Source: an uncultured Verrucomicrobiae bacterium (GTDB taxonomy: Bacteria > Verrucomicrobiota > Verrucomicrobiia > Limisphaerales > Palsa-1400). Taken from it: DNA of 64,000 bases. Each line of letters opens with the position of its first letter. Positions within the stretch are counted from its first letter, which is position 1. The translations under genes and the position numbers were made by a program. The notes beneath the pieces are model-generated. The model had not been told where the DNA came from, did not search any database, and saw only the letters and a list, made by a program, of their open reading frames with translations. The DNA is taken from NCBI GenBank assembly GCA_963764165.1, contig CAVXRD010000004.1:576001-640000 (forward strand). Direction: 5' to 3'. Below are positions 9,782 through 20,046 of this stretch, piece by piece.

Positions 9782-11380
9782 TTAATTTCCCGCCTGTTTT
9801 CGTTTGTACGCTTCGACGGCTGCCGCATGGGCGTCGCGCTCATCGGCATTCATCTCGAATACGCCGGGGCGCTGCGGCGCCATGGTAACCTGGTCTTCTT
9901 GCTCGTGGTGAGTCAAACCAAGGCTGGATCCTTCCACTGGAGATTTGCGCAGAGAATAAATTTTCACCCAGCTCGCTCCGATCTCCTTGGCGATGCGCGC
10001 GGCATTTTCAGGGGTGGCTTCTTCTGGTGACTTGGGGTGGATCTTTGCGACGAGATCCGTCTCCGCCAGCAGGCATTCAGGGACCAATGCGCCATCCGCC
10101 TCGCCCGCCGCCATGGCATTGGCGACGGTCTTCTTTTCGGCCAAATCATCGTCTTCCACACCGGAATTTCTTTCATCCAGCCACTTTCCGGTGGCGTCCG
10201 GGCCGAGTTCCACCATCACGGTGACGATGGTTGGATCCGGTCGCATCACCATGAAAGCCGAGCCATGCGCCATCGGGCCGTGCGGAACAAAAATGCACTG
10301 TGCCTCATGCGGGGCGCGGCTCAGATTCGTCCAGCCGGCGTCCGATAGCGAAAGACCGTCGGCTAGCCCGCTCTTTAGTTTCTCCAACGCGCTCTTTGAA
10401 TCGTAAATCGCATAATCCACCGTCCAGTAACCGCTCGCGCGAAAACAAATTCGGTCCAGCGCCTGGGGCAAGGTGTAATTCTTCAAGTAAATGGCCGACG
10501 GCAGAGCCAGCCGCTTGTCAAAAACAATAACCGCCCCGCTCTGCTTCTCCAATTGGCCGACGATGCCGCCGACTGAGTTGTTCTCCGCCTTGATGGCAAT
10601 CAATCCGCCCGCCGCCAAAAAGAAACCCGCGCCGATCACCGCCACCGCCTTTGAATTCGACCATCCCAGCCATTTGAAGGCGCCCTTGGCAGACGCGCCG
10701 GCGAATCCGTGACCGGACGCGGCTTTCGCAATGGCGGCGGTCGCGATGGCCGCCGACAAACCCGCAGGCGCGGCCTGAGCCATGTTGGATGACAGAGCCG
10801 CCGTCAGCGCGGCAGACGGCGTGGCCAATCCCTGCCGGGCAAAAATCGCGCGCAACCGTTCCACCGCGCGGGAGACGCGCGCCTTGGCGGCGTCCTCGCT
10901 GATGCCGAGGAGGCCCGCAATCTCGCGATGGCTTTTGTTTTGGAAAAAGCGGATGAGCAGCGCATCGCGGTCGGGCTGGGAAAGTTTATCCAGCGCTTCA
11001 TAAAGATGCGGCGCAATAAGTTCCCATAGCGAATCGCCCTGGTCGGGGCGCAAAGATTCGGACACGGCGGCCTCCTGTTCGTAGAATTTGCGGCGCGCTT
11101 CGGCTCGCGCCAGGTTCATGGCGGCGAATCGGGTGGCCTCAAAAATCCAGCCCGAAAGCGTCGCGTCGCGGGAGATGGTTTTGGCCTTGCGCGCCAGCGC
11201 GATGAAGACGGCCTGGGCGATTTCCTCCGAAAGGCTTGGGTTGCCGCAGCGGTTCAGGGCGGCGTGATACGCCAGACCGGCGTAGCGGTCCACCAAGGCG
11301 CGGAACGCTTCTTCGGAATTCCGCTCGGCGTAATCGTTCAGTAATTGCCAGTCATCCATTTCCATGTTGCACTCCACCAT
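9782..11380 (-). CDS. ECF sigma-70 factor fused to a TM helix and a large C-terminal extension
   Basis: DWQLL..YA...[27 protein letters not shown], region 4 [23 protein letters not shown], Ala-rich linker, hydrophobic [19 protein letters not shown]. The start may be 11365 or 11359. Confidence 0.9.
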   Translation of the reverse strand: MVECNMEMDDWQLLNDYAERNSEEAFRALVDRYAGLAYHAALNRCGNPSLSEEIAQAVFIALARKAKTISRDATLSGWIFEATRFAAMNLARAEARRKFYEQEAAVSESLRPDQGDSLWELIAPHLYEALDKLSQPDRDALLIRFFQNKSHREIAGLLGISEDAAKARVSRAVERLRAIFARQGLATPSAALTAALSSNMAQAAPAGLSAAIATAAIAKAASGHGFAGASAKGAFKWLGWSNSKAVAVIGAGFFLAAGGLIAIKAENNSVGGIVGQLEKQSGAVIVFDKRLALPSAIYLKNYTLPQALDRICFRASGYWTVDYAIYDSKSALEKLKSGLADGLSLSDAGWTNLSRAPHEAQCIFVPHGPMAHGSAFMVMRPDPTIVTVMVELGPDATGKWLDERNSGVEDDDLAEKKTVANAMAAGEADGALVPECLLAETDLVAKIHPKSPEEATPENAARIAKEIGASWVKIYSLRKSPVEGSSLGLTHHEQEDQVTMAPQRPGVFEMNADERDAHAAAVEAYKRKQAGN

Positions 11381-11408
11381 TTAACAGCCGCCGCCGGAAA
11401 AAGGTGAC
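11381..11408 (-). promoter_or_regulatory. Putative ECF-type autoregulatory promoter GTCACC-N16-TGTTAA
   Basis: Bipartite motif immediately upstream of the ECF gene. ECF genes are commonly autoregulated (inference). Confidence 0.4.
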
Positions 11409-12103
11409 AGCTTATTTTGCAACCCATATTTTGGTGGTTCCTCAACGATTTCGGTGGAATAGCAGTGGCAAATTTGATTCATGTCAGCCCTGCTATGCCA
11501 TCTCGAAAAAGTCTGGATTTTTGGCGAGTTTTTGACCCGGCTTTTCTTTCTGGCTGCCGCTGTCCGTGCCGCACCCTTGGGCTTGGCGTGAAGGCTCCCG
11601 GGCTCCCGGACTGAATAATGAAATAATCTGGAACTCCCGAACTCTGGAAAAGAGGTCAGAGTTGTTTTTCGAACGATGGAGGTGGCGCGAATGACGTGTA
11701 TAAATACCTGGCCGCCGATCCAAATAATTCATGAGGCGCGTGAAATCAGCTTCAATCTCTTTTCCTGAGTTCGGTCGTTCCTCATTCAATTTTTCCCATC
11801 AAGGCAAGCCGGCTGCACGGAAGTTCCAGAAGGAAAAGAAATCTCGCGCAGAGAAGATGAATGCGCACAGGAACTCACATGCAAATGTCCACTTCCGGTT
11901 GGTTTTTGAAATATTTCTCCAAAAATGGCGCCGAAAACACTCTGGTAGGTTTTCGATCCAGCCCCAGCCGTGGCAAAGTGCGCTCATGCAAAAGCAAGGT
12001 CATATTCAGAAAGGCTGCGCAGCGCGCCGCTTCGCATTCACCCGGCGCGGTCTGCGTGCCCAGGCATTGGGACGCCCGAACGGGTTTCGCCGGAAGAGGT
12101 TCG

Positions 12104-12150
12104 TTGCACCCTATTGCACCCTATTGCACCCTATTGCACTTTGCGTTTTT
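12104..12150. repeat. Tandem 10-bp repeat (ttgcacccta x3 plus a partial copy) followed by a T-tract
   Basis: Seen directly; a further near-copy lies at 12171-12180. Confidence 0.85.
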
Positions 12151-12330
12151 GAGCCTCCCCGGCGCCCAGCTTGCACCCTCCAAAACAGTCATGAAAGCAA
12201 GGGTGACAACGCCTTGGGGGAAAAGTTTGTCGTTTTTCTTCATTGCCCCGGGAGGGAAAGGAATTTATACAAATGGGCCGTTTCCGGTGTCTAGTCCGGT
12301 GGAATACGTTGGGCAGAAGTTAATATAAAG

Positions 12331-15300
12331 ATGAATCCGAATCCGAATCCAAAACCGCCACAGGGCGCGCCGGCAAAAGGCGACGCCACCCCTGCTGCCA
12401 AACCCGTGGCTGCGGCCGGGCCCACCAAGTCGACTACGCTGCACTCCATTACCGCGGGAGCCGTGCCGCCGCTTTATCGGCGTCTCGATTGGTTCACAGC
12501 GCTAGTGACCTTCGCTGTGGTGTGGATCATTTATTTTTGCTGCCTTGCCCCTCAAGTAACCTTGGAAGACTCCGGCGAACTTTGCACCGCTTCTTATTAC
12601 GCTGGCATCCCTCACCCTCCAGGATACCCGTTTTGGACAATTTATACCTGGTTCTGGACGGTGTTGGTCCCGTTCAAGAATATCGCATGGCGCGTTGCCC
12701 TGGCTGAGGCGAGCACGGCGGCGGCGGCTTGCGGCATCCTGGCGCTCATTGTGTCGCGCGGCAGCAGCATGTTGATGGAAGGCATTGAAGAACTGAAATC
12801 CATGACCGGAAAATGGGAATCGGCCATCTGCTCCGTCTCGGGTTTTGTCGCTGGTCTCATGCTGGCGCTGGGAAGCTCCATGTGGAAGGAATCGGTGGTC
12901 ATTAACCGTATTTCCCTGTTCGGCGTGCCATGGCTGGTATTGGTCATGGCGATGATGCTGCGGTGGATGTATGCCCCGCATCAGCGGCGCTACCTTTATC
13001 TGGCGTTCTTTTTCATCGGCATTTGCTCGACCATTCACCAAACGCTCACGATGGCGATCATGGGCATCGAGATTGGCGTGGCGGCCCGGGCGCCAAAACT
13101 TGGCCGCGACATGCTGGCGCTGAATTCCATTGGTTACCTGCTGGGAGTCATCGCCAAGCACGCCCACATGGTCGGCATGTTCGATACCACCAACCCGATG
13201 GTCTACACGATCTTCACCGCAGTTGGCCTTTCATCGATTGCCGGCTGCCTTTACTTAACGATTGTCACCGGCGGTTTGATGACGGAATGGCTGACGGCTT
13301 GCGTTTCGTTCGTGCTGATGCTGGGCGGGGCGTGCTTCTACTTCTACGAAGCCATCGCGGGCATGACAAACCCGCCGATGGAATGGGGTTATCCGCGCAC
13401 GGTCGAAGGTTTTTGGCACGCCATCAGCCGCGGCCAATACGACAAGCTGAACCCGACGGATATCTTTCACGATTTCGGCCACTTCATCACCGAATTGGTC
13501 ATGTTGTTCAAGGGTGTGGCGGATGCCTACAGTTTGGTGGCCATGTTTTTCGCGATTCTGCCGCTGGTATTCCTCTTTAAGATGAAGAAACGCGAACGCG
13601 CCTGGATCATCTCCGTGGCGGCGATTTATCCGTTCTTGGGCGTGATGCTCTCGATCTTCCTGAGTCCAACCCGTGACCGGCAGACGTCCGAACTGGTGAA
13701 AGTTTTCTTTACGGCTTCGCACGCGGTCGTGGCGGTGATGGTGGGTTATGGACTGGCGCTCATTGCGGCCTTCATGTCCACCAATTACGAGAAGTTCCGC
13801 CGCTGGGGCTTCGCGGGCGCGGGTGTGGCCATCGCGCTGGCTCTTTATTCGCTTTATTCGGTCACGGAGGAAACCTTTTTCGGCCCGGATTTGGAAGCTC
13901 AGATGAGCCTGGGCCAACTGCCTCATTTTGTGGCGCAAGCATTCGCGCGGAATCAATACGGCTCGTCGATCATCGCGGCGCTGATGCTGGTGGCGATGAC
14001 CATCCTTTTTCTCGTCGCTCTGTTCGTGTATAACAAGCGCGCGCCGCTGGGCGTGACGCTGGGGTTGTTTGCGCTTCTGCCGCTGTATTCGGGAATGTCC
14101 CACTGGTACAAAAGCGAGCAGCATGACCATTGGTTTGGCTACTGGTTCGGCCACGACATGTTCACGCCGCCGTTCGTTGGGCCTGATGGACAATTGACCT
14201 ACGACGCCAAGCTGCGCGATGCCGCCGCCAAAGGGCCCAAGGGCAAAATGGTTTATCCCGAAATGGCGCGCGATGCCGTGCTCTTTGGAGGCACCGACCC
14301 TGGCCGGTTTTGCCCAACTTATACGATTTTCTGCGAGAGCTTCATTCCGCACGATTGCCAGCCAGCAGCGGACACCAACTATGACCGCCGGGATGTTTAC
14401 ATCATCACCCAAAACGCGCTGGCGGATAACACATATCTCGATTACATCCGCGCCCAATACAATCGTTACACGCAAATTGATCCGCCGTTCTTCCAGAATT
14501 TCCTTTCCGGCAGCGCGCCGAATATTTTTCACGGCCAATCGCGGTGGCTGCGCTGGCTGGACGACATTTTTGAAGGCATCGGCGCAAAGGTCGAGCGCAA
14601 CCGGCGAACAGGAACATCGTGGTTCAAGCCAGATCAATTTCTGAGCGCGAAAAGCCTCGCCGGAAAACTCCACGGGGCAACCGATCCACTGGGCAAATAT
14701 CTGTATGGGCGGTTAAGCAAGCCGACTCAGCAGCTTGTCGATTCCGGCGGCGATGAAAATGCGCTCCGCTCGGCGCTGACGCCTGATTTGAACGCGATCC
14801 TGGACGGCGAAAACATCTATTCGGCCGACCGTTTCGGAGGGATCAAACTTCCCCCGCTCATTCAAGAAGCCGCGGCCAGCGCCGCGCTGACGTCCAACAA
14901 CATCGTCCGCCTTAATCGGCGGATGCTGGAAGTAGCCTATCCTGATGCCATCGTTAAAAGCCTGGGCGGCGTTTATCCGGACACGGAAATCCAAACCCCC
15001 TCGCCGGACGATTCGGCGCAATGTTTTAACGACTATATTTACGACGCTCAACGCCGTCTGCAGCACGATTCATCGCATCCGAATGAGCCACGCGAAGTCA
15101 AACCGAACGAGGAAGTCCACATGGATCAAAGCGGACGCGTGCAGGTTTCCGGGCAGGTCGCAGTCATGAGCATCAATGGTCTTCTCACGAAGGTCATTTT
15201 CGACAAGAATCCGCACCACGAGTTTTACGTCGAGGAAAGCTTTCCGCTGGACTGGATGTATCCCTATTTGGAGCCGTTTGGCATCATCATGCACATCAAC

Positions 15301-16245
15301 CGGCAGCCGATCACGGAAATGTCACAGGAAACGATTGACCGCGACCACGCGTTCTGGAGCGAGTATTCCGCCCGCACCATCGGCAACTGGATTACATACG
15401 ACACCTCGGTCAAGGAGATTTGCGAGTGGGCGGAAGCGGTCTACCTGCGCCACGACCTGAGCCATTTCACCGGCAACCCGAAATTCGTCCGCGATGACGA
15501 CGGCCAGAAGGCGTTTTCCAAACTGCGCAGTTCCATTGCCAGCAGCATTTACCAATGGCGCTCGCAACCGCAAAATTCCCGCAGCGCCACGGAGCGCGCA
15601 CGGGTGACGAAGGAAGCGGATTTCGCGCTAAAGCAGGCGTTCGCGTATTGCCCGTACAGCCCGGAAGCGGTGTTCCATTACATGGATCTGATGCTGAAGC
15701 AAAATCCGCCGCGGCTCGACGACGCGATCATGATCCTTGAAACGTGCCACAAGCTTGATCCCTACTACACGCAGATCAGCCAGTGGATTGACGAATTGAA
15801 GCGCAGCAAAGCCGGCGGCGGAGACCAAATCCGCCAGGCCTTCTCCCAAGTGCAGCAATTCATCGCTCAAGGCCAGACGAACAACGCGGATCAGCTCCTT
15901 GATCAACTCATGAACGTTCCCGGCGCGGATATAAATCTGCTCATGGCCGTGGCTGACGCATTCCTGCGCATACACGATTATGCCAAGAGCGAGCAGGCTG
16001 TCACGAAGTTAACCCAGCTCGAGCCAAACTCTGCCCAGGCCTGGTATAACCTTGGGGCGGTTCAATCCGTTCGCAGCGAAATCCCGCAAGCGATCGAATC
16101 TCTCAAGAAAGCGATCGACTTGAATAAAGGCGAACTCGCAAGAGATCCGAAGGCGGCCAATTTGCGCGAACACCTTTTTCAGGACCCAACTTTTGCTCCT
16201 CTCCGCGAGACGCCTCAGTTCAAGGCCGCTTTTGGAGAAAAGTGA
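12331..16245 (+). CDS. DUF2723 (TMEM260-like) GT-C membrane glycosyltransferase with C-terminal TPRs
   Basis: LEDSGEL...GIPHPPGYP signature, many TM helices, GGTDPGRF, RRDVYIITQNALAD, TPR-like AQAWYNLGAV. Confidence 0.9.
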   Translation: MNPNPNPKPPQGAPAKGDATPAAKPVAAAGPTKSTTLHSITAGAVPPLYRRLDWFTALVTFAVVWIIYFCCLAPQVTLEDSGELCTASYYAGIPHPPGYPFWTIYTWFWTVLVPFKNIAWRVALAEASTAAAACGILALIVSRGSSMLMEGIEELKSMTGKWESAICSVSGFVAGLMLALGSSMWKESVVINRISLFGVPWLVLVMAMMLRWMYAPHQRRYLYLAFFFIGICSTIHQTLTMAIMGIEIGVAARAPKLGRDMLALNSIGYLLGVIAKHAHMVGMFDTTNPMVYTIFTAVGLSSIAGCLYLTIVTGGLMTEWLTACVSFVLMLGGACFYFYEAIAGMTNPPMEWGYPRTVEGFWHAISRGQYDKLNPTDIFHDFGHFITELVMLFKGVADAYSLVAMFFAILPLVFLFKMKKRERAWIISVAAIYPFLGVMLSIFLSPTRDRQTSELVKVFFTASHAVVAVMVGYGLALIAAFMSTNYEKFRRWGFAGAGVAIALALYSLYSVTEETFFGPDLEAQMSLGQLPHFVAQAFARNQYGSSIIAALMLVAMTILFLVALFVYNKRAPLGVTLGLFALLPLYSGMSHWYKSEQHDHWFGYWFGHDMFTPPFVGPDGQLTYDAKLRDAAAKGPKGKMVYPEMARDAVLFGGTDPGRFCPTYTIFCESFIPHDCQPAADTNYDRRDVYIITQNALADNTYLDYIRAQYNRYTQIDPPFFQNFLSGSAPNIFHGQSRWLRWLDDIFEGIGAKVERNRRTGTSWFKPDQFLSAKSLAGKLHGATDPLGKYLYGRLSKPTQQLVDSGGDENALRSALTPDLNAILDGENIYSADRFGGIKLPPLIQEAAASAALTSNNIVRLNRRMLEVAYPDAIVKSLGGVYPDTEIQTPSPDDSAQCFNDYIYDAQRRLQHDSSHPNEPREVKPNEEVHMDQSGRVQVSGQVAVMSINGLLTKVIFDKNPHHEFYVEESFPLDWMYPYLEPFGIIMHINRQPITEMSQETIDRDHAFWSEYSARTIGNWITYDTSVKEICEWAEAVYLRHDLSHFTGNPKFVRDDDGQKAFSKLRSSIASSIYQWRSQPQNSRSATERARVTKEADFALKQAFAYCPYSPEAVFHYMDLMLKQNPPRLDDAIMILETCHKLDPYYTQISQWIDELKRSKAGGGDQIRQAFSQVQQFIAQGQTNNADQLLDQLMNVPGADINLLMAVADAFLRIHDYAKSEQAVTKLTQLEPNSAQAWYNLGAVQSVRSEIPQAIESLKKAIDLNKGELARDPKAANLREHLFQDPTFAPLRETPQFKAAFGEK

Positions 16246-16253
16246 CCGGGAAC

Positions 16254-16435
16254 TTGGCCACAGATTAACACAGATTAACACAGATTTTTGAAAGAACGGA
16301 TCAATCGGCTCGGGGCCGGTCTGAATCCGTGGGTGGTTCAATGGAAAGAATGGGATGTAATGAGACTTATGCGGCCTGCCTTCTGTTTGTCTGATTTGGT
16401 TTTATCTGTGTTGATCTGTGTAAATCTGTGGCCAA
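16254..16435. repeat. Inverted-repeat element whose arms are built of 10-bp cacagattaa units
   Basis: ttggccacagattaacacagattaacacagat ... atctgtgttgatctgtgtaaatctgtggccaa. Confidence 0.85.
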
Positions 16436-16492
16436 TTCTCAGTGGCGGAATTCGTCCTTGCGGACGGCGGCAGGGCAATTATCGTTATATTT

Positions 16493-17323
16493 GTGTCCTG
16501 GTGGTCTGACCGTCATTTCTTTTTGCTGGCCGTAATTGTCTACGGCCTCAGCGCGCTCTACTCGTTGTTCCTCTGGCGCCGGGGCTTTCGCACCCATGAC
16601 CATATCAATTATGGCTTATTGCTGACCGGCCTTTCCCTGCACACGAAGGCCATGTTCATGCGCGGATTTTCGCTGCGCGAATGCCCCGTCCACAATCTGT
16701 ACGAAGCCATGACCTTTGTGGATTGGACCATCTTGGCCGCCTATCTGGTGCTCGGTTTGTGGCCGCGACTGCGGTTCCTCGGAGCGTTCGCCGCCCCGGT
16801 GATTTTCGGAATCGGCGTCTTTGCGCTCATGCCGGGATTGGATTCGCCCCACACCGCGCCTCAGCCATTCGCGGCGGCCAATGGAGTGGTCAGCTTGCAC
16901 GCGGCCCTCACCCTGCTCTCGTATGGCGCGTTTGGATTGAGCTGCGTGGCGGGAATCATGTATTTGAGCCAGGAGCACAATCTGAAGTTCAACCGACTGC
17001 GCGCCCTTGGCTCCATCATGCCTCCCATTGAGCGCCTGGAAAAAATCACCAGCCGCCTGCTATGGGCAGGGTTCCTATTATTGACGGCAGGGCTGGCGCT
17101 CATCCCTGTCCTCCTGAAGAGCCGGCCCGAATTGCGGGCGGGTGGCGACCCGAAAGTCATTTGGTCTGGACTCGTTTGGGGACTTTATCTGGCCCTGCTG
17201 GTGTTGCACGGACGGTTTGCCCAAACCGGGCGGAAATTTGCCTGGGGTGCGGTGGCGGGCTTTGCGTTCGTCGTCTTGACGTTCTGGGGAGTCAACCTGC
17301 TTTCTCCGTCGCACAGATTCTAG
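16493..17323 (+). CDS. CcsA/HemX-like cytochrome c biogenesis membrane protein
   Basis: About 8 TM helices, PVHNLYEA, LHAALTLLSYGAFG, DPKVIWS. Start moved to GTG 16493. First gene of the hem operon. Confidence 0.88.
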   Translation: MSWWSDRHFFLLAVIVYGLSALYSLFLWRRGFRTHDHINYGLLLTGLSLHTKAMFMRGFSLRECPVHNLYEAMTFVDWTILAAYLVLGLWPRLRFLGAFAAPVIFGIGVFALMPGLDSPHTAPQPFAAANGVVSLHAALTLLSYGAFGLSCVAGIMYLSQEHNLKFNRLRALGSIMPPIERLEKITSRLLWAGFLLLTAGLALIPVLLKSRPELRAGGDPKVIWSGLVWGLYLALLVLHGRFAQTGRKFAWGAVAGFAFVVLTFWGVNLLSPSHRF

Positions 17324-17324
17324 C

Positions 17325-18389
17325 ATGGCTCTGATTGTCATTGGCGTGAGCCACCATTCCTCCCCCGTCAACGAACGGGAGCGATTCGCCTTCACCGACG
17401 CGGCCATCCCAACCGCCTTGGAGGAAATGCGCAAGAGCGGCCTGGCTCGCGAAGCCGTCATTCTCTCGACCTGCAACCGGGTCGAGATTTACGCGGTCAG
17501 CGATCTCCCGGAGGCCCAGGCTATTGCGCAACTGCGGCAATTCCTGCTGGATTACCATAAGTTTCAAGGTGCGCCGGATGGCGAAATTTATGGGCATGGC
17601 GGAAAACGCGGTCTGGAGCATTTGTTCAAGGTCGCCTGCGGCTTGGATTCGATGGTGCTGGGCGAAACCGAAATTCTTGGGCAACTGAAAAAAGCCTACG
17701 AAACGGCGCTGCGGCTCAAACACACCGGCGCCTCTCTTAACAAGGCCTTTCAACGCGCTTTCAACGTCGCCAAACTCGTGCGCACCGAAACCAACATTCA
17801 ACGCGGCAGTGTTTCGGTGGGATCGGTGGCGGTGGAATTGGCGGAACGCATTTTCAGCACACTAAGCCAGCACCCCGTCATGGTCATCGGCGCGGGGGAA
17901 ACGAGCGAGAAGACGGCCCGGGCGCTCTTGAGCCGGGGCGCGCACAGCATCTTCGTCTCGAACCGCTCGCACGAGCGGGCGATGGCCCTGGCGGCCGAGT
18001 TGGGAGGGCGCGCGGTGAGTTTTGACGATTGGGCGGCGGAGTTTGCGAACATCGACATCCTCATCAGCAGCACCTCCGCCCCGCATTGCATTTTGGATCG
18101 CGCGAAATTGGAGCCGCTGATGAAGCTCCGCAAGAACCGCCCTCTTCTTCTAATTGACATCGCCGTTCCGCGCGACATTGATCCATCGGTCAATTTTCTG
18201 GACAACGTTTACCTCTACAACATCGACGATTTGCAGGCCATTGCGGGTGATTATTTGAAGCAGCGCCAGCAGGAAATTGCGCGCTGCGAGGCCATCATTG
18301 CCGAGAAGGCGGTGGCCTTGCTGCCGGCTACGGATAACGCCCGGCCCGCCAACCATCCCCTGCCCGACATGGGCAAAGTCGGAGCGTGA
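17325..18389 (+). CDS. hemA: Glutamyl-tRNA reductase (short form)
   Basis: LSTCNRVEIY, GLDSMVLGETEILGQ, VIGAGE, DIAVPRDID. Confidence 0.96.
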   Translation: MALIVIGVSHHSSPVNERERFAFTDAAIPTALEEMRKSGLAREAVILSTCNRVEIYAVSDLPEAQAIAQLRQFLLDYHKFQGAPDGEIYGHGGKRGLEHLFKVACGLDSMVLGETEILGQLKKAYETALRLKHTGASLNKAFQRAFNVAKLVRTETNIQRGSVSVGSVAVELAERIFSTLSQHPVMVIGAGETSEKTARALLSRGAHSIFVSNRSHERAMALAAELGGRAVSFDDWAAEFANIDILISSTSAPHCILDRAKLEPLMKLRKNRPLLLIDIAVPRDIDPSVNFLDNVYLYNIDDLQAIAGDYLKQRQQEIARCEAIIAEKAVALLPATDNARPANHPLPDMGKVGA

Positions 18390-19339
18390 AAAGCAAAACC
18401 ATTTACATCGCAACCCGCGGCAGCACCCTCGCGCTCGCCCAGGCCGGCGCGGTCCTTGCCCAATGCCAAAAGACGTTTCCAAAGCTCGCGTTCGAGTTGA
18501 AAATCATCAAGACCAGCGGCGATAAATTCCTGAACGTTTCGCTGGCCAAACCCGACGCCTCGCTGCCGAAAGGGCTTTTTACGAAGGAACTGGAAGTGGC
18601 GCTCCTCAAAGGCCGGGCCGACCTCGCCGTGCATAGCTTGAAGGATCTGCCGACGGAACTTCCCGAGGGCTTGAAACTCGGCGCGGTGGCCGGCAAGCGC
18701 GCGGACGTGCGGGACGTTATTGTTTACAAGAAATCCCTGGCCGCCGGCCCAAAACTCGCCGATTGGCCGAAGGGGCTGACGGTGGCCACCAGCAGCACGC
18801 GCCGCCAGGCCCAATTGCTGGCGCTGCGTCCCGATTTCAAGGTGGTGGAAATTCGCGGCAACGTCGCCACCCGCCTCCGCAAATTGGCTGAGGAGGCGGT
18901 GCTTGACGCGACGATCCTTGCCGCCGCAGGCCTGAGCCGCTTGAAATTCAAGATTTCCGCCGCGGGAAAATTATCCGGAGCAGATGTTCCCGAAGGTTTG
19001 CTGGCGAAGATTTTGGATACGGACGAAATGCTTCCGTGCGTCGGGCAGGCGGCGATCGGATTGGAAGTCCGCTCCGATGACGAACAGGCAGCCTCCCTTT
19101 GCCGAGAGTTAAACGACGAGTCCACCTTTCAATGCATTACCGCCGAGCGGGCGTTGCTGCGCGCGCTGGGCGGCGGTTGCCAGATGCCCATCGGCGCCCA
19201 CGCAACGCTGAGTGGAACGGAGCTTCACTTGCGCGCGGTTTCATTTTTGGACGGCATGGTGCGCAAAGCCGAAAGCCGTGCTTCCGTTCACGAGGCTTCC
19301 AAACTCGGAGAGTCCGTTGCCGAGCAATTGAAAAAATAG
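18386..19339 (+). CDS. hemC: Hydroxymethylbilane synthase
   Basis: ATRGSTLALAQ, KGLFTKELE, AVHSLKDLP, IRGNV.TRL, GGGCQMPIG. Confidence 0.96.
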   Translation: MKSKTIYIATRGSTLALAQAGAVLAQCQKTFPKLAFELKIIKTSGDKFLNVSLAKPDASLPKGLFTKELEVALLKGRADLAVHSLKDLPTELPEGLKLGAVAGKRADVRDVIVYKKSLAAGPKLADWPKGLTVATSSTRRQAQLLALRPDFKVVEIRGNVATRLRKLAEEAVLDATILAAAGLSRLKFKISAAGKLSGADVPEGLLAKILDTDEMLPCVGQAAIGLEVRSDDEQAASLCRELNDESTFQCITAERALLRALGGGCQMPIGAHATLSGTELHLRAVSFLDGMVRKAESRASVHEASKLGESVAEQLKK

Positions 19340-19340
19340 C

Positions 19341-19988
19341 CTATTCCGCGCGGACCGCAACAGCGGGCGTATTGGCCGCTTGCGCCGTTGAAGAGGCGAC
19401 TGTCACGCTTCCGACTCCGTCCACCAATACTCGCAGTCCCACCACCGTCATCGTCCCAAAATGCTCGCCGCCCAAGGTCGTTTGACCGTCGATCAAAACG
19501 TAGCCATCGGGCAGCACCACCGATTGGTTTGCCTCGCCCGTGACGGCAATCGCCTGCCCGTCTATAGTCAGGCCTTTGACCGTTGTTTTTCCATGCATCG
19601 GCACCGCCATCACATCGCCGCTGGCCACGGCCTCGGTCTGAACTTCGAGCGCGGTGATATGGTGCGAACCCAGCGTAATGTCCAAATGATTTAGAGACGC
19701 CTTGGAATGATTTTGGCCATTTGCCGCATCCGTCACCGCAAATAAATCCTGGGCGGAAACGCCGGGAGCAGGAGTTGCTTTTACTTCCGAGCTTTCGTGC
19801 TTGCCGCCGTTAAGCACGGCGGAGCCTGTGTCGCCGCAAGCCACGGCATTTTGATTCCAGGGATTTACCTGCAACGCCACAGCGCGGCCCGGGCGCGCCG
19901 TGGGGAGATTGTCGTTGTCTTGGGCGTCGGAAACGAACGGGAAGATCGAAAGAACTGCGATTGCCGAGAGCCACTTTTGTGTTTTCAT
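19341..19988 (-). CDS. Secreted beta-rich protein, choice-of-anchor-P-like
   Basis: Signal peptide MKTQKWLSAIAVLS from ATG 19988; GLTIDGQAIAVTGEANQSVVLP.GYVLI pattern. Family assignment is from memory. Confidence 0.6.
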   Translation of the reverse strand: MKTQKWLSAIAVLSIFPFVSDAQDNDNLPTARPGRAVALQVNPWNQNAVACGDTGSAVLNGGKHESSEVKATPAPGVSAQDLFAVTDAANGQNHSKASLNHLDITLGSHHITALEVQTEAVASGDVMAVPMHGKTTVKGLTIDGQAIAVTGEANQSVVLPDGYVLIDGQTTLGGEHFGTMTVVGLRVLVDGVGSVTVASSTAQAANTPAVAVRAE

Positions 19989-20046
19989 AGCTGCCTCCAC
20001 CAAACGATAGGCCCAAAGCAGCGTGCGGCAATGCGGAAAGACTACG

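Noticed and set aside
11421..11436. NrdR-box-like aacccatattttggtg upstream of the ECF gene
   Set aside because: Single copy with no partner at about 32 bp and no functional link; likely chance.
11493..12328. Short ORFs in the gap between the sigma and DUF2723 genes, including a faint transposase-like stretch at 11493-11789
   Set aside because: No recognisable motif (no HUH), mutually overlapping frames, and repeat-derived translation.
13255..14673. Long antisense ORFs (also 21866, 25205, 32498, 35468, 37269, 56381, 60554)
   Set aside because: Shadow ORFs typical of GC-rich coding DNA, opposite clearly identified genes.
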